Shown in pieces: positions 35,059 through 50,359 of a stretch of 64,000 nt of DNA. The position numbers and the translations under genes are program-made. Source of the stretch: the human T2T-CHM13v2.0 reference genome, Homo sapiens. The notes below the pieces were generated by a model. The model ran no database searches, was not told where the DNA came from, and saw only the letters and a list, made by a program, of their open reading frames with translations. The DNA is taken from assembly GCF_009914755.1 (NCBI RefSeq), contig NC_060939.1; one strand, written 5' to 3'. The first letter of the stretch is position 1, and every line of letters starts with the position of its first letter.

Positions 35059-35665
35059 ACATTAAATATAATATATTTGGTACATTAAATATAAACATTG
35101 TATACATTAAATATAAACATCTTTTATACATCAAACATAAACATTTTATACATTAAATGTAAACATATACATTAAATATAAACATCTTGTATACATTAAA
35201 TATAAGAATACATTTGGTACATTTAATGTATACAATACATTAAATATAGACATTTTAGACATTAAATATAAGCATATATTCAGCACATTAAATGTAAACA
35301 TATTTTATACATTAAATATAAATACTGTATATGTTAAATATAAATATGTATTTTCTATATTAAATATAAATATGTATTCTGTACATTAAATATAAACATT
35401 TTCTATATTAAATATAAACATGTATTTTGGATAGTAAATATAACTATACATTGTCTATATTAAATATTAACATGTATTTTGTATATTAAACATAAACATA
35501 TATTTCCCATATTAAATATAAACATATATTTTTATGTCAAATATAAATATATATTTTATATATTAAATATAAATATGTATTTCCTGTATTAAATATACAC
35601 ATATATATTAAATATAAATATATTTTTCCATATGAAATGTAAACATATTTTAAACATTAAATATA
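35059..35665. repeat. AT-rich degenerate minisatellite (~25-30 bp unit, core ACATTAAATATAAAC), ~20 copies
   Basis: Core motif ATTAAATATAAA recurs throughout; begins immediately at the end of the GGCT array. Confidence 0.9.
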
Positions 35666-35705
35666 TTCATCTTAGATATGGCCCGTGTTGGAATGTGTAA
35701 TAGAT

Positions 35706-35877
35706 TGAGTATATAATGTCTACTCAATATAAAATTTATATTTATATATGCAGTAATGATTCAGGTTGATTGTAGTTAAGAAAAACAAGCTCCAAATTCG
35801 AAAGAAATATGTAAGAAGAGAGACAGGGAGAAAAAATAATGAGGCAGGTAAATGCAACAGACAATTCGAGACCCACA
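35706..35877 (+). repeat. Diverged paralogue of 43718-44201 lacking the Alu (empty site)
   Basis: GTATATAATGT.TACT...ATATTTATATATGCA.TAATGATTCA..TTGATT...TTAAGAAAAACAA.C.CCAAATTC...TAAGAAGAG...AAATGCAACAGA.AA.TC...GACCCA found in both places. Confidence 0.8.
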
Positions 35878-36169
35878 AGTGCAGAGCAGGCTTCCCAGAC
35901 CCGGGTAATGTCTCCTGGGCTGATAGGAAGCCCTCAACCCCCCAAGTCCTTGTCAGCCATAAACCGCCTGAGCACAGAGCCAGAGGGACCATGTTGGGGC
36001 TGGGCCTCCCGACTTCAGTTCCTCTCATTCTGTGCAAAGGAAAAACAATTCAGAATCTACAGAGGTTTAGACGTGTGTAGATGTGGACAGAGAAGTCCGG
36101 GCACAGTGGTTTACTGCCCAAGAAGACAGTGAGTCCCCGGAGGAATAGAATAATATACATCATGCTAAT

Positions 36170-36450
36170 ATATGTCATCCCAGTACTTTGGGAGGCCGAG
36201 GTGGGTGGATCACTTGAGGTCAAGAGTTCGAGACCAGCCTGGCCAACATGGTGAAACACCGTCTCTACTAAAAATACAGAAATTAGTTGGCTGCAGGGGT
36301 GGATGCCTATGATCCCAGATACTCGGGAGACAGAGGCAGGACGAACTGCTTGAACCTGGGAGGAGGAGGTTGCAGTGAGCTGAGATCATGCCATTGCACT
36401 CCAGCCTGGGGGACAGAGCAAGATCCCGTCTCAAAGAAAAAAGAAAAAAA
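36170..36450 (+). mobile_element. Alu (5'-truncated)
   Basis: Alu body with A-rich tail. Confidence 0.9.
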
Positions 36451-36872
36451 GAAGTTGTGAGTGCTAAGTTCTCTCTGGATTTTCAGGAGGCCAGTTCTCC
36501 AGTCCACGGTGTCCTGGGAGGACAGGGGTTCCTGAGGGTGAACAGAGCCTGTGCCCGGTCAGGTAGGATCACATGTCCCTGAAGTTCAGAACCCAGGAGA
36601 ATGGGGAGGGTCCTGGGGGTTCCTGCTGCATGGAGGGAAGACCCTCTTTCCACAGGGGCCCCAGAGAGCGAGAGGAAGGAGGAGGGCAGGTCAGTGAGTG
36701 TGATGGTCACAGTGGAGAGGGAAGCAGAAAGAAGTGTTCCCACAACGACACACACAGTGTCCACGCTGAAGCTACAGAGAGGACCTCTCCACCTGTGTCT
36801 GCCGCAAAGCAGTAGGGCGTCTTCTGGCAGCCCAGAGTCACCTCCAGATCCCACCTGCACCATGCTTCCTGC

Positions 36873-38530
<1,658 letters not shown>

Positions 38531-38921
38531 ATATGCTGTGTACTTATATTCTATATATTATAAAACATTTTATAAAATTATACATGTATAAAATGTTACA
38601 TAAAAATTTTAATATAATACCATTTTATTGCATATATTTCTAAATTTAATATAATGAAATTTTATATATAATAATGTATAACATTTCTAAATTTATTATA
38701 ATACAATGATATATAATTATTTTCTCATATTATAATTATACATAAGATAATTTATTATAAATAAAATTTTATATAATCTACATTTATTATAATAAAACAT
38801 ATAACACATTTCTAAATTTAATACAATAAAATACTATGTATAATAATTTATAACGTTTCAAAATTTATTATATAATTTTATTATACAATTATTTTGTACA
38901 TAATTATATATAGTATATAAT

Positions 38922-39268
38922 TGTATTTATAGAAATATAATTATGCATATACAATATGTAATTTTATTTTTACATAGTATATATGCATAATTATGTATTA
39001 ACAAATATAATAATAATTTTATATACTTATTTACATTAAGTTACATATTATATAAATGATGTTATATGTTATATATATTACATATATTTTTGCTTAATAT
39101 ATTAAATTTAATCTATAAAATTATGTATTACAAATAAAAGTGTATTTTACATATACACTACATATAACTTTATTTATATAAAAATATAAAAGTCACATGG
39201 TTAAGTTAATAAAATATATTTATATCAATCTATTCATATAAAATATACACAATGCATATTTATATAAA
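38922..39268 (+). repeat. AT-rich segment directly duplicated at 40326-40679
   Basis: Colinear TGTATTTAT.GAAATATAATTATGCA...CATAATTATGTATTAACAAATATAA...AATTTAATCTATAAAATTATGTATTACAAATAAAAGT...TATACACAATG.ATATTTATATAAA. Confidence 0.9.
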
Positions 39269-39511
39269 TACAAAGTATATAAAACTTTTACCAGTAGGAT
39301 GCAAAGAGTTGCTGACCGTCTGCAGAAATCCTGAACCTCTGGAAGCAGAATAAAATCTTACCTCCCAGTCTGCTTTGAAAGGAACAGTAAAGCAGTCCCG
39401 AACCCCAAACCCACCCTAAGGGGAGATGGGGGAGTTGGGATGGACACGTTGACCAGTGAGGACTTTCCTTTGCTGGTTTTGAGGTGTCTTAGCCCAGAAG
39501 CTAAGACGGGA

Positions 39512-39850
39512 AGTGATTCTGGAGCAGGTGAGCTGATCACAAGCCTGAGCCAAGAATCCATGGAGCTCATAAATAGCAGAAGCCAGGACCCTGTGCAAAT
39601 CCTTCTGAAATATCCCCCGTTTACTGGGCTCCTAGGGGTGGGGAAGAAAAATTCCCTGACATTTCGGCCTCAGGGAAAGAGAGAGACATCCCACTGGCCG
39701 GAAGCCTCTGCTATTTTTCAGAAGACACCTGGGGCATCACCCTTTCCCAAATGACGGTGATTTTCAGAGTGGTTCACTTTTTGGAGAGACATTTCTGCCC
39801 TGGAGATCCATACATATTGAATCCAAACGAATACTTTTTAATTAAAAAAA
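39512..39850 (+). repeat. Left arm of a ~340 bp inverted repeat (right arm 40680-41018)
   Basis: ORFs 39440..39754(+) and 40776..40970(-) give near-identical peptides (SQDPVQILLKYP.FT.LLGVGKKNSLTFRPQGKRET.HWP), and the DNA is reverse-complement colinear. Confidence 0.93.
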
Positions 39851-40325
39851 ATTAAACATTAGAAAGTTCAATATTGAGGCAGCTACGAGTTTGAATTCCT
39901 CATTTTTCCTAAATGCATGTTGTCAAAATCTGTATTGCATTTAGTAACTACCTATGTTTCTAATGTATATAAGGTTACACAATGTTTTCTTCTTTTTCTC
40001 CTCCTCAGGGTCAGAATTTGAAATAAAAGTTTTGGAAAGAAAAAACACTCTTGTCTGTTTGTGCAAAAATAAAAGAACCCATATTTTAAGAATATTTTAA
40101 GATAAATACAAATTGTGTGTGTGGGGGGGTTGCTTATAAGAATTCTTCATATCCTAAATCAAAGATAGATCTTGTTATTAACCAGAAAACAAAATGTGTG
40201 TGTATAAATGTACAACACTCTTACACTCACACAAACACAGGCACACATGCGCACACACACATTCACGCACTCACTGATGTACTCACACAAACACAGGCAT
40301 TCATGTATAAATACACACCTAAGCA

Positions 40326-41018
40326 TGTATTTATGGAAATATAATTATGCACATACAACATATAATTTTATTTTTACATAGTATATATACATAATTATGT
40401 ATTAACAAATATAAGATCAATTTTATTATATACTTATTTACATAAAGGTATATATGATATAAATGATGTTATATGGCATGTATATATCACATATAACTTT
40501 GCTTAGTATATAAAATTTAATCTATAAAATTATGTATTACAAATAAAAGTATATTTTACATATACACTATATATAACTTTATTATTTATATGAACTATAA
40601 AAATCATATGTTTATATTAATAAAATATATTTATATCAATATATTAATATAAAGTATACACAATGTATATTTATATAAAAATTTTTAATTAAAAAATATT
40701 CATTTTGGTTCAATATGTATGGATCGCCAGGGCAGAAACGTCTCTTCAAAAGGTGAACTGTTCTCAAAATCACCGTCATTTGGGAAAGAGTGATGCCCCA
40801 TCCGTTTTCTGAGAAACAGCAGAGGCGTATGGCCAGTGGGGTGTCTCTCTCTTTCCCTGAGGCCGAAAAGTCAGGGAATTTTTCTTCCCCACCCCTAGGA
40901 GCTCTGTAAACCGGGGATATTTCAGAAGGATTTGCACAGGGTCCTGGCTTCTGTTGTAAATGAGCTCCATGGATTCTCAGCTCAGGCTTGTGATCAACTC
41001 ACCTGCTCCAGAATCACT
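40326..41018. repeat. Composite duplicate: direct copy of 38922-39268 fused to inverted copy of 39512-39850
   Basis: Junction at ~40680 lies on the palindrome TTTTTAATTAAAAA. Confidence 0.9.
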
Positions 41019-42200
<1,182 letters not shown>

Positions 42201-42297
42201 CAGGTAGAACAGGCCTGCATTACCTGATAACGCAGTTAAATCAGACGTGATGCTGCCTACCGAGGAGACCTGGAGGCTTCCCATGAATGGGCTTTCA

Positions 42298-43030
42298 GAA
42301 GAGAGGTCTCTGGGTGCATTTGGTGACACCCCAGGCAGTGGGGGAGACGTCCAGGCTGGAAGGCCAGCCACAGCCAGCTCTGCTCAAGGATGCCACGTCC
42401 ATTTGCTTCAGTAGGATATGCACCCTGGTAACCCAGGTTCCTGCCTCTCCAGGAAACCCCACTGAGGTCAGCACATCCCCCCAGGTTTAGAAGGGGTCTC
42501 TGGGTGCATTTGGTGACACCCCAGGCAGGGGGGGGACATCCAGGCTGGAAGGCCAGCCACACCCAGCTCTGCCCGCAGATGCCATGTCCATTTGCTTCAG
42601 TAGGATCTGCATCCTGTAAACCCTGGTTCCTGCCTCTCCAGGACACCCCACTGAGGTCAGCACACTGCCCAGGTTTAGAAGGGGTCTCTTGGTGAAATGT
42701 GGTGACACCCCAGGCAGAAGGGGGGACGCCACAGCCAGCTCTGCCCGCGGATGCCACATCCATTTGCTTTAGTAGAATCTGTACCTTGGATTCCCAGGTT
42801 CCTGCCTCTCCAGGACACCCCACTGACGTTAGCACACCCTCCAGGTTTACAAGCGGTCTCTGGGTACATTTGGTGACACCGCAGGCAGAGGGGGGACGCC
42901 ACAGCCAGCTCTGCCCGCGGATGCCACGTCCATTTGCTTCAGTAGGATCTGCACCCTGTAAACCCTGGTTCCTGCCCCTCCAGGACACCCCACTGAGGTC
43001 AGCACCCCCCACCCCCCACCCCCAGGTTTG
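42298..43030. repeat. GC-rich four-copy tandem repeat, ~172-190 bp unit
   Basis: GGTCTCT.GGT...T.TGGTGACACC starts near 42305, 42495, 42683, 42855; copies 3-4 lack the TCCAGGCTGGAAGGCCA segment found in copies 1-2. Confidence 0.93.
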
Positions 43031-43584
43031 TCCAGCTTCGCTGTCTGGGGAGAGACACAGAAAGACCACATTCGGTGGAATTCTGGCTATAACCTTTTGT
43101 GGCCGGCAAGAAGGATCACCAAGCTGTCCTGTTACCTCGCTGGAGTGATCACTGGTTTCACGCTTGGCCCCCGTGCAGTGAGTGCCTGGGCCAGGCTCGA
43201 TTCCTGGAGCTCCGGTGAAATTTGGGCTTGGAGCTCATGCCTGCACCATCCAGAAAGCAGAAGGCAGCCGGCCCGGGCTGTACGGTTTGTAGAATCAGAG
43301 AGAACACTGCTTGCCTTCATGTCTGTACCACAATAAATCTGCCAACTGCAGTCAAAGTCTCTGGATTCCTGACCCCTCATTTTATTTTGTCTATTACGGA
43401 GTGGAAGGAGTGAGAAAGATTTTGCTTCCTATTTTGTTTTGCAAAGTGTTTCTAAGAAAAACAACCCATGTTCTGAAAATGAGATTCTGAGTGTCCCCTG
43501 GGCGTGATGAAAACAAATTTTGGGAATCCAAGGGCCTGAGAGGCAGAGTGAATGTCATTTGCATTTCCCTGCGAATGACAAAGT

Positions 43585-43715
43585 CACTTTTTATTTATTA
43601 TTATTATTATAGATTCAGGGGATCCACGGGCAGCTTTGTGACCTGAGGATATTGTACGTTGCTGAGGTTTGGGGTATGAATCATCCCGTCACCCAGGCAC
43701 TGAGCATTGTACATT
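43585..43715 (-). mobile_element. L1PB-like 3' end fragment
   Basis: T-rich tail followed by AGATTCAGGGG...GCTGAGGTTTGGGGTATGAAT.ATCCCGTCACCCAGG. Confidence 0.7.
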
Positions 43716-43844
43716 CCTGAGGTATATAATGTGTACTAAAAATAAAATGCATATTTATATATGCACTAATGATTCAACTTGATTCCTTGTAATTAAGAAA
43801 AACAAACCCCAAATTCTAGAGGAGTTCTAGAATATATAAGAAGA

Positions 43845-44256
<412 letters not shown>

Positions 44257-44339
44257 TCAACCCTTGTACCCCCGCCCCTGCTTCCTGCTCTATTAGTACT
44301 GAGGGTCTGTGGTGCCCCTTCATTGTGTCCAGGTGCAGG

Positions 44340-45370
44340 CAATGTTTAGCTCCCACCTATAAGCGAGAACATGTGGTATTTGATTTTCTGTTCCTGGCGT
44401 TAATTCACTAAGCATAGTGCCCTTCAGCTTCATCCATGTGACTACAAAGGGCATGATTTTATTCTTGTTCATGGCTGTGTAGTATTCCATGATGCGGAAG
44501 GACCACATTTGCTTTATCTAATTGAGAACATGTGGTATTTGATTTTGTTTCTGGCATTAATTCACTAAGCATAATGCCCTTCAGCTTCATCCATGTTGCT
44601 GCAAAAGGCATGATTTTATTCTTGTTCATGGCTGTGTAGTATTCCATGATGCAGAAGGACCACATTTGCTTTATCTAGTGAAGAACATGTGGTCTTTGAT
44701 TTTCTGTTCCTCATATTGATTCACTAAGCATAATGCCCTCTGGCTGCATCCATGTGGCTGCAAAGACAAGATTTTATTTTTTTCATCACTGTGTAGTATT
44801 CCGTGGTGTAGAAGGGCCACATTTGCTTTATCCAGTTGAGGACATGTAGTATTTCATTTTCTGTTCCTGGCATTAATTCACTAAGCATAATGTCCTTCAG
44901 CTGTGTCCATGTGGCTGCAAAGGACATGATATTATTCTTTTTCATGGCTGCATAGTATTCCATGATGCAGAAAGACCACATTTGCTTTATCTAGTGGAGA
45001 ACATGTGGTATTCGATTTCCTTTTCCTGGCATTAATTCACTAAGCATAATTCCCTTCAGCTGCGTCCATGTGGCTGCAAAGACATGATTTTATTCTTTTT
45101 CATGGCTGTGCAGTATTCCATGGCGTAGAAGGGCCACAATTGCTTTATCCAGTCAAGAACATGTGGTATTTGATTTTCTGTTCTTAATTCATTAAGCATA
45201 ATGCCCTCCAGCTACATCCATGTGGCTGCAAAGGATGTGATTTTATTCTTTTTCATGGCTGTGTAGTATTCGATGCTGTAGAAGAACCACTTTTGCTTTA
45301 TCCGGTACCCTACTGATGGGCAACTAGGTTGATTCCATGACTTTCCTATTGTAAGTCATGCTGTGACGAA
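44340..45370 (-). repeat. Six-copy 158-bp tandem repeat derived from the L1 ORF2 C-terminus/3'UTR boundary
   Basis: Unit starts (GAGAACATGTGGT-like) at 44365, 44524, 44681, 44838, 44997, 45155; minus ORFs repeat MEYYTAM.KN.IM.FAATWM.L..IMLSEL, the L1 ORF2 end; last copy continues into ordinary L1. Confidence 0.93.
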
Positions 45371-46032
45371 CCTTACAGGGCTGGGCACTATAATCCCAGC
45401 ACTCTGGAGGGCCAAGGTGGGCAGATCACCTGAGGTCAGGAGTTCAAGACCAGCCTGGTCAACATGGTGAAACCCTATCTCTACTAAAAATACAAAAACT
45501 AGCCAGGCATGGTGGCGCATGCCTGTAATCCCAGCTGCTCAGGAGGCTGAGGCAGGAGAATCGCTTTAACCCAGGAGGCAGAGGTTGCAGTGAGCCAAGA
45601 TTGCTACTGCACTCCAGCATGGGCAATAGAGCGAGACTCCATCTCAAAAAACAAACAAAAAAAAAGGAACTTTACCATGCATGTATCTTTTTGGTAGAAT
45701 GACTTCTTTTCCTTTGGGTAGATGCCCAGTCTTGGAATTGCTGGTGCAAATGGTGGAGCAGTTTGGATTCAGGAGGTACATGTACAGGTTTCTTACATGC
45801 GGACGATGTGTGATGCTGAGGTCTGGGGTATGAGTGATCCCATCACCCAGATAGTGAGCATAATACCCCACAGTTGGTTTTTTCAACTCTTGTCCTTCTA
45901 CCTTCCTCTCTCCCCCTAACTAGAACCCAGTATCTGTTCCCTTCTCTGTGTCTACCTATACACAACATTTAGCTCCCACTTATAGTGAGAACATGCAGCA
46001 TTCTGTTAATTTACTTAAGATAATGGCCTCCA

Positions 46033-46499
46033 CACTGTTCACAATAGCAAAGATGTGGAACCAACCCAAATGCTCATCAGTGATAGACTGGATAAAGAAA
46101 ATGTAGCACATAGACACTGTGGAATACTATGCAGCCATGAAAAAGGATGAGTTCATGTCCTTTGCAGGGACATGGATGAAGCTGGAAACCCTCATGTTCA
46201 GCAAAGTGAAACAGGAACAGAAAACCAAACAGTGCATGTTCTCACCATAAGAGGGAAGTGAACAATGAGAACACATCGACCCAGAGAGGGGAACATCACA
46301 CACTGGGGCCTGTTGCAGGGGTGGGGGACTGGGGGAGGGACAGCATTATGAGAAATATCTAGTGTAGATGATGGGTTGATGGGTGCAGCAAACCGCTATG
46401 GCACATGTATATCTATGTAACAATCCTGCACATTCTGCACATATACCCCAGAACTTAAAGTAAAATAGAAAAAATAAAAAATAATAAAAATAATTAAAA
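46033..46499 (+). mobile_element. 5'-truncated L1PA 3' end nested in an antisense older L1, 16-bp TSD
   Basis: TTCACAATAGCAAAG...GGAACATCACACACTGGGGCCTGTT...CCCAGAACTTAAAGTA plus A tail; TSD AAGATAATGGCCTCCA at 46017-46032 and 46500-46515. Confidence 0.9.
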
Positions 46500-46760
46500 A
46501 AGATAATGGCCTCCAGCTACATCCATGTTGCTGCAAAAACAAACAAACAAAAAAAACAAAAAAATGATTTTGTTCCTTTTCAGGGTTGCGTAGTATTCCA
46601 TGGTGTAGATGTACCACATTTTCTTTGAGGGTAGAGGGTGGGAGGAGGGAGAAGATCAGCAAAAATAACCTGTGGCTGGGTGTGGCAGCTCACACCTGTA
46701 TTCTCAGCAGTTTGGGAGGCTGAGGTGGGTGGATCACCTGAGGTCAGGAGTTTGAGATCA

Positions 46761-46964
<204 letters not shown>

Positions 46965-47456
46965 TCATAAAAATAATAATAATAACCTGCTAGGCTTAGG
47001 ACCTAGGTTGATTCCATTACAAAAAAAAAAAAGAAAAAACTAACTTTTTAAAAGAAGGATCTCTCTGTTCAAAAACAAAACCAATGCCCTGTCAGGAAAG
47101 ATGTTCTGTGTTTCTGGTAAAGCTGGAAGGAACCTACAGGAAGGAGTCACCCCATAAAACTAGTGGAGCAGCATTACCTTTTGAGGTGAGGGCTACTTCT
47201 GTTAGGCCACCAGGATGAGTGCCTTCCTGGGGAGTGTGGTTCATCCTATACCATCCAGGAAGCAATTCCTGCCCCCAAATCACTTGCCAGCTTCTGCCCC
47301 GTAAGTAAAATCCCCAGCAAGCGGGCAGCAAGGAGCTGCTTGCCTTGGAAGTCAGCTGAAGTCTCTGCCCACCACCCAGACTGTGTCCTCTGGGAAAGGC
47401 CAGGTCTTCCAGTTGGATGGTTTTCACATTAGCGGCTGCTTAGAATCATCAACATT

Positions 47457-48119
<663 letters not shown>

Positions 48120-48289
48120 TTACCACTGGACCTCCATGTTCTAGTTTCAAAGCTCTGCTGGCCACAGTGGCTCATGTCTGTCATCCCAGCACTTTGGGAG
48201 GCTGAGGTAGGAGGACTGCTCGAACCCAGAAGCATGAATCCATCCTAGGCAGCATAGTGATAATAGTGTCAAATGAGAGCCAGTGTCCA

Positions 48290-49330
48290 GTAATTCCCCA
48301 AATATCTGAGAATTTTCTTTTCTTTAAGTCACAGTCATCCTGGCAGAAGGCTGTAGGTCCCTTTGGGGAAGACTGGGAAAAAGATTAACAATGTAAATTT
48401 TTGGCAATGTAGCAGCGTACTTCCCCAAGATCACCCAGCCTCCCCTTCACTTAAGGGGTTGTGGGCCTGTGAACTGGCTCAAGTCTGGGAATTGATTGAG
48501 GGTTTTAGATCTGTGTTTCATTAATTTGAGTTAGTCTTTTATTCAGTTGACCTAGAATTCTTCATTTTTTAAACAACAACTAAGACTTTGGTACAGCCCA
48601 TTAGCTCTCCCTGTGGATACCATGGACTACACAATGCCATGGGTGTCTGTGAGTCAAATCATTCTGACTGCTGCTTTGACACTGCTTTCCACTGTGGTGA
48701 CCACACCCACCTCATCTTTGGTGATTAAGGACAGCCCATGTTCCCTGCCACCCCAGGATTCAATTATCCTCATTTTACTTAAAGATACCAGTCCAGTGGC
48801 TGCAGTTCCTGCTGTAACATTTTGCCTACTGAGAGCACAAGCTCAAAGCTCTTCCAGGATACTGGGCTCATCTCACAATATTCTTTCTCATGATCGTTGT
48901 GAGGAGTATGTTCTGTAGACCCTTCAGTGTGAGTGAGCAGGTCTGACATAATAAATCCAGTCTCCCTGAGTTTTTGCATACCTTTCTGTACACATAAACC
49001 AAGGAAGTTGTGGCATCTCAACTTTATGTACCTTAGGTAAACTCTGATTCTGTTTCAGCCAACCAACCAAGTCACCAAACAAATAAGCAAACAGCCAACC
49101 AATCAACCAACAAGCAAGCAAGCAAGCAACAAACCAACCAAACAACCAAGCAAGGAAGCAAGCACCACCAACCAAGCAAGCAACCAACCAAGTAACCGAT
49201 CAAACCAACCCTTGGAGCCCTTTCTAAAGCTTTGACCTACAACTCTGAGTCCAGAATCTCTGTTTAGTGGGCCAACATTAATAAATTTAGCCTAATCCAA
49301 CTTTATGTTACTTTCACCATGGTGCCACAC
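48290..49330 (-). mobile_element. ERVL (HERV-L/ERVL-type) internal gag remnant, interrupted by a microsatellite
   Basis: Minus-strand fragments KVEMPQLPW, GMQKLRETG, WIYYVRPAH resemble ERVL gag (EMP.LPW..VEEGIQRLREIG..EWI.H.RP); frameshifted. Confidence 0.75.
49056..49210. repeat. Degenerate (AACC/AAGC)n microsatellite
   Basis: Read directly from sequence. Confidence 0.9.
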
Positions 49331-49410
49331 ACTTAATATCCATTCCCACATATATTCTCCAGATTTCCTTCTGTATAAATTGCATGTGTGTGTGTGTGTG
49401 TGTGTGTGTG

Positions 49411-50359
49411 TAGAAAGAGAGGATCAACTGAAAAATCACACAATTTTATAAATTTAGAAAAGAGAGCTTTATTTCTTATAAAGGTTTGCAGTCTGCAAGG
49501 TGGCCATTATGACAGGCTGGGAAGTGTGGCCTACAGCCAAGGCCAGAGGCAGGCATTTCCAGGGAGGGAGGGAGAGGACAGGAATTTGAGCCAAATGAGT
49601 TGGCTACATATACATACTCAATAGGATATCAGAGGAGCTATATCATTTTATGAGAATACTCATAAAAGAGGTCCTAACACATGCATATTCAATAAACATG
49701 CATGTTCATTCTGGGGTGGAGACTTGGCATTTAAATGTATTATAATTAGGCCCTACACATCAAAAAGTGAAGCAGGGACATGAAGGTACTCAGCCTCGTA
49801 AAGGCACAGCCTCTAAAACTGGCCAGAACCAGTCCATGGAGGATGGTCTCTTATCAGGAGAAAGTTACTGAAATCAGTCCCTTGTCCAGAGAAAGCTGTC
49901 GTTAAGGTTAGTGGGGCAGGAGATCAGTTACTCAGCATCTGTGAACTGGGTGAGTTGTAATTGTTTTAATCTTCTCTCACAGCCATCTCTCACAGCCAGT
50001 GCTTGCTTGGCTGCTAGAGAAAAATAAAACCCATGTGGTAGCTAGAATTTAGTTAATTCTTTAAGAGTAGGGTACAAGACTTAACCCTCGCCTGGCATGG
50101 CCCTAGGTCCTGTTTATAATTTGAGGTCTTATTGCCACAAAGAGTCTGTTCTGTCAGTCTCATGATCTCTATTTTAACATCAATGCTGTTCAGTTGTTGG
50201 GTCTAAACCATAAGAGGGAGGGAGGTACAGGGAGGTATGTCTGACTTCCTGTCCTGTCATGGCCAAGAACTGAATTTTAAGATTTATTTGAGGTTCCGTT
50301 GGCCAACAGGGGGTCTGTTAAGTTGGGTGGGGGGCTTAGGATTTTAGTTTTAGTTCTCA
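49411..50359 (-). mobile_element. ERV1 MER4-group solo LTR (MER49-like, ~950 bp)
   Basis: Minus strand starts TGAGAACTAAAACTAAAATCCTAAGCCCCCCACCCAACTTAACAGACCCCCTGTTGGCCAA, the MER4-group LTR 5' signature; subfamily guessed from length. Confidence 0.75.

Noticed and set aside
39440-40970. Two similar peptides on opposite strands suggesting a small gene family
   Set aside because: Explained by the DNA inverted duplication; no recognisable protein homology or gene structure.
42257-43069. 270-aa ORF with internal repeats
   Set aside because: Read-through of the ~180-bp tandem repeat; frame shifts between units.
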